From Candidatus Latescibacterota bacterium (GTDB lineage Bacteria; Latescibacterota; UBA2968; UBA8231): 64,000 nucleotides of DNA. The stretch covers positions 384,001 to 448,000 of the forward strand of contig OZ242214.1 in NCBI GenBank assembly GCA_965206595.1. The letters are read 5' to 3'. Within the stretch, counting starts at the first letter, position 1, and each line of letters begins with the position of its first letter. The position numbers and the translations under genes were made by a program. The notes beneath the pieces were generated by a model, which was given only the letters and a program-made list of their open reading frames with translations, ran no database searches and was not told the origin of the DNA. Positions 60,439-64,000 of the stretch are shown piece after piece.

Positions 60439-61914
60439 CTATCCCCGGCGGACCTCCGGGTCGAGCGGAAAGATCGGCCGCCTCAGCTTGCGGTAGTCGT
60501 AGCTGAAGAGGTCGGGGCTGTGCACCCCGGGGGTGTCGACGTCGAGGATCTCGCAGGCGATCGGGGTGTAGTCGGCGCGGAAGTGGACGGCTGACTTCAG
60601 GGCGATCAGCTCGCAGTCCTCCGGCGCGATCCCGTTCGAGCGCAGCACCTCGGCGTCGTACGGCTGCACCCGCTCCTCGGTCAGCAGGACGGTGACGCCT
60701 CCGGCCTCGACCACCGCGGTGCGGCCGAGGCAGCCGGACTTGCCGCGTCCCATCGGCCCCTTGTGGACGAAGCGGCCGTCGGAGATCCGCCTGACGTAGG
60801 CCGTCGCCTCCACCGGCTCGCCGTGCAGGGGATCGGTCTTGCCGCCGATGCGCAGGGCGACGCGGGTGCCGGGGCCGGCCAGGAAAGCGAGGTCTACCGA
60901 CTCCGGGTCGGCGATGATGGCGACTACGGCGCCGCTCACCCCGGCCTCGATGAACGCCCTCAGCACGTGGGTGCCGTCGCAGGGGCCGCCGCCCCCGGGA
61001 TTGTCCGAGCCCTCGGCGAGCACGAACGGCTTCCCCTCGCTGGCGCGGGAACGGGCGATCGCCTCCTCCACGGAGACCAGGTCGGGGACGAGCTCGGCGC
61101 GGCGCTCCCACAGGTATTCGGCGAACTCTTCGGCGCACTGCTCAGCGAGCTGCCGGTCGCCGTCGGCGGCGACCAGCACCGAGGCCCCGGCGTCGCGGAT
61201 GTCGGCGAACGGGAACCCCATCGACAGGGTGGCGGTGAGCACCCCGGGCCGCGCCTCGAGGGCGTGCAACTGCTCTACGATGCCGCTCATCGGCTGCTTC
61301 ATCGTGCACTGCGCCGGCGGCCCGGTCAGCAGCGGCAGCTGGCGGTAGGCCGTCTCCGGGGAGACCGTCCCGGCCGCGGTGTCTCTGATGAGCCGCACGG
61401 CCTCCAGGCCGCGCTCGTAGCAGTCGACGTGCGGGTAGGTGTCGAAGCCGACGATGGCGTCCGCGTGGGCGGCCATCGCCGCGGTGATGTTGGCGTGCAG
61501 GTCGAGGGTGGTCACCAGGGGCAGCGGGCCGATGACCTCGCGCACCGCGGCGAGCAGGTCCCCCTCGGCGTCCTCGTGCGCCTCGGTGACCATGGCCCCG
61601 TGCAGGTCGAGCAGGACCCCGTCCACCGGGAGCGCCGCCTCGAGGCGCTCGAGGAAACGCTTCTTCAGGGTTTCGTACGCCGATTGCTCGATGGTCGCCG
61701 AAGGGGTTGCGAAGGTCCACAGCAGGGGAACGAGCTCGACCTCCAGTTCCGCGGCCCCGTCGATGAAGCCGCCGGTGACGGTGCCGGTCCCGGCGAAGGC
61801 GTCGAAGATGCCCTCCCCGGTCTCGTACGTCCCCTGCTCGAAGCTCTCCAGGGTGGTGGGAACCTTGGAAAAGGTGTTGGTCTCGTGGCCGATGCAGCCG
61901 GTGGCGATGCGCAT
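60439..61914 (-). CDS. MlrC/M81 family metallopeptidase
   Basis: HETNTF, LHGAM, LDLHAN, YPHVD, DNPGGG, KSAVHF. Confidence 0.92.
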   Translation of the reverse strand: MRIATGCIGHETNTFSKVPTTLESFEQGTYETGEGIFDAFAGTGTVTGGFIDGAAELEVELVPLLWTFATPSATIEQSAYETLKKRFLERLEAALPVDGVLLDLHGAMVTEAHEDAEGDLLAAVREVIGPLPLVTTLDLHANITAAMAAHADAIVGFDTYPHVDCYERGLEAVRLIRDTAAGTVSPETAYRQLPLLTGPPAQCTMKQPMSGIVEQLHALEARPGVLTATLSMGFPFADIRDAGASVLVAADGDRQLAEQCAEEFAEYLWERRAELVPDLVSVEEAIARSRASEGKPFVLAEGSDNPGGGGPCDGTHVLRAFIEAGVSGAVVAIIADPESVDLAFLAGPGTRVALRIGGKTDPLHGEPVEATAYVRRISDGRFVHKGPMGRGKSGCLGRTAVVEAGGVTVLLTEERVQPYDAEVLRSNGIAPEDCELIALKSAVHFRADYTPIACEILDVDTPGVHSPDLFSYDYRKLRRPIFPLDPEVRRG

Positions 61915-62005
61915 AGCGGTCCTTCCTTCTCCCAGTCTCTGTCTCGGTGGTGGTAAAGTGAACGGTTCGGCCGCCAAGGGGCGGCCCGGTCCCGGCCGCG
62001 AGCAG

Positions 62006-62752
62006 CTATTCGGGTTTCGGGCCCCCCGCCTCGAGCCACTCCTCGTACTCGGCGCGGCCCTCCTCGCTCAAGGGGTAGTACTTCCGCAGGTGGCCGCCCT
62101 CGGCCAGCTTCATGCGGCTGAAGTCCTCCCACTCCTCGTGGGCCGTCGCCTTCTCGATCAGCTCCGGGGCCAGGGCCGCCGGCACCACGGTGGCCCCGTC
62201 GTCGTCGGCGACGATGATGTCTCCCGGCACCACCGTGGTGTCGCCGCAGGCGATCGGCACGTTGACGGCGTACGGGAAGATGTCGGTCTGGGTGTGGAAG
62301 TTCGGGGTGACGCCGCGCAGCCACAGCCCGAGCCCGAGGTTGCGGACCTTGGGGAAGTCGCGGACGCAGCCGTCGACGACGGCGCCGATGCCGCCGCGCC
62401 CCTTGAAGAAGGTCATCATCATGTCCCCGAAGACTCCGCTCGACAGGTTGCCGCGCGCGTCGACGACGACGATGTCCCCCGGCCGGGTGTGGTAGAGGGC
62501 GTGGCGGTGCAGCTGCCTTTCCGGGTCGGCGTACTCGTCGACGTCGTAGAGGTCCTCCCTCTTGGGCATGAACTGCAGGGTCAGCGCCGGGCCGACGGCG
62601 CGCCTCCCCGGGGTGCGCGCGATGCAGCCGCTCAGGTGGGGGTCGCGAATCCCCAGGCGGGCGAGCTCGCCGCTGGCGGTGGCGCTGCTGATTGTGCCCA
62701 GCGACTCGATCAAGTCCTTCGGGGGACGTTCGATATCCGGTGTCTCGATCAT
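62006..62752 (-). CDS. RraA-family protein (HMG aldolase-like)
   Basis: GPALT, VVDA, FGD, VDGCVRD, PGDIIVADDDG. Confidence 0.88.
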   Translation of the reverse strand: MIETPDIERPPKDLIESLGTISSATASGELARLGIRDPHLSGCIARTPGRRAVGPALTLQFMPKREDLYDVDEYADPERQLHRHALYHTRPGDIVVVDARGNLSSGVFGDMMMTFFKGRGGIGAVVDGCVRDFPKVRNLGLGLWLRGVTPNFHTQTDIFPYAVNVPIACGDTTVVPGDIIVADDDGATVVPAALAPELIEKATAHEEWEDFSRMKLAEGGHLRKYYPLSEEGRAEYEEWLEAGGPKPE

Positions 62753-62979
62753 CTCATCCTTTCGGGAGCCGGCTGAGCCGGAAAGGTGTCGGGGTCCCTG
62801 GCCGGCATGTCAAAGGGCGGATGCCGCTGCCAGTCGGGGAGCAAGAGTAAGAACAGAGCGGGCCGAGGGGAACGCGGGCGGAGGGATCCGGGCAGGTGGA
62901 GGCCCGTTTCAGACAGAGGGTCGTCGGCCCAGGCGGGAGCAAGAGTAAGCAGGGAGCCGGACTTGGGCCGGTGTAACGG

Positions 62980-63945
62980 CTAGTCGATTTCCAGGGAGGC
63001 CTTGATCCGGCCCCAGGAGACCGACTCGACCGCGGAGTCATCCGGTCCGGCCGGGGCGGAGGGAAGCAGCAACCCGTCGAGAAACCTGTCCGCTCTATAG
63101 CGCAGTATATCAATGAAGGTATCGGAGTCCGTGTCAGGCATGACTTCGGGAGCCCAGAACATCCAGGAATTATCGGGCGGGTCATAATCATTCACCGCAA
63201 TCGTAAAGCCGACGATCTGACCGGCAGCAAGACCGCTGATCACGATTCCCTCGACGCTATCCCAGGCCCCACCCTTCTGGTTGAATGGCGTAACATACAG
63301 CTCGATCACGCTTATGAAGGGAGCTTCCCCTGCTACCCTACCACCGCCCTCCCCATAGGGAGGCAACGCTGTCCAGGCAAACGAACCCGTATAGAACCTG
63401 GTGGAAGAGTCATCCAAGGTCGGCCCATTGGTGCGGGCAATAGCCCCATATCTCTGAGTATGTCCAGAAATCTCCAGCCATTCCTCTTCCGAGCAACTAG
63501 AACAGCCCGCACCCCCACTGTGATCTCCGTCGACTGCCAGCATGATGCTGTCATGAGTGTACAATCTATGTCGTACGGACGTGCTCCAATCTACGCTATA
63601 GTCGTGGGTGTTCTTGTACACGTCATCGCTGGCCACGAAGGCCACATATAAGCGTGCTGGTTCGTCGTGCCAAGCCAGCCAGATCCGAAAGTCAAGGTCG
63701 GCAGGATCTGGTGCGGAGTCCTCCCATTCTTCAGTGAAATCCAGCAGAGTCATTGTGGGCTCGCCGATCAGCTCATACCACTCGTCCACCGACCCGTCCT
63801 CGAGATCGATCCTTTCCAGCATCTGGTCACTGAGATAGGCGATGGGGTACACGCGGTCGCCGACGTGGGCGCCGGCCGACATGGCAAAGCACAGGAGCAG
63901 ACCGAGAGAGGGATGCCAAAGTTTGGTGATTGGGTTGGGGCGCAT
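62980..63945 (-). CDS. Secreted DOMON/CBM9-like protein with SWGRIK tail
   Basis: Signal peptide, DGSVDEW, LAWHD..RLYVA..DD, D.I.L.VDGD, C-terminal SAVESVSWGRIKA. Confidence 0.7.
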   Translation of the reverse strand: MRPNPITKLWHPSLGLLLCFAMSAGAHVGDRVYPIAYLSDQMLERIDLEDGSVDEWYELIGEPTMTLLDFTEEWEDSAPDPADLDFRIWLAWHDEPARLYVAFVASDDVYKNTHDYSVDWSTSVRHRLYTHDSIMLAVDGDHSGGAGCSSCSEEEWLEISGHTQRYGAIARTNGPTLDDSSTRFYTGSFAWTALPPYGEGGGRVAGEAPFISVIELYVTPFNQKGGAWDSVEGIVISGLAAGQIVGFTIAVNDYDPPDNSWMFWAPEVMPDTDSDTFIDILRYRADRFLDGLLLPSAPAGPDDSAVESVSWGRIKASLEID

Positions 63946-64000
63946 CCTTTGCCTCCTTTGACCGTGCAGCAGCTGAGATTATCGAAGGGACTATAGCGGC

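Overview
The window is mostly high-GC bacterial chromosome. Its large secreted WD40/Big-1/FlgD-Ig-tail proteins and C-terminal SWGxIK motifs suggest a Latescibacterota/Gemmatimonadota-like lineage, which is inference only. The high-GC backbone (1-18 kb, 26.7-36.8 kb, 55.7-64 kb) encodes catabolic enzymes: Gfo/Idh/MocA and SDR dehydrogenases, a PIG-L deacetylase, hydantoinase A/B, a CehA/McbA-type hydrolase, a sugar ABC transporter, an FGGY kinase, a class II aldolase, MlrC, an RraA-family protein and an alkyl-DHAP-synthase-like enzyme. There are two lower-GC accessory regions. The first (18-26.7 kb) holds decayed IS3, ISL3, IS630 and Doc remnants around a metallopeptidase-WD40 gene. The second is a ~15 kb island (about 39.2-54.4 kb) that splits a paralogous metallopeptidase-WD40 gene. 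It carries an IS1595 transposase interrupted by an intact ISL3 (8-bp TSD), HEPN, DUF3800, NucS-remnant, SWIB and RadC cargo, and two kinds of repeated backbone that each abut a different convergent cargo gene. The best novelty candidates are: (1) a duplicated ~1 kb module (decayed integrase-like 5' end, promoter, highly conserved non-coding core, XRE HTH gene, 50-aa C4 zinc-finger gene, conserved tail); (2) two tandem unannotated sRNA genes at 5.7-6.0 kb, each with its own sigma70 promoter and terminator, one showing an anti-SD/anti-AUG loop; (3) orphan C-terminal cassettes of SWGxIK-tail proteins. All family calls come from reading motifs by eye; no database searches were run.
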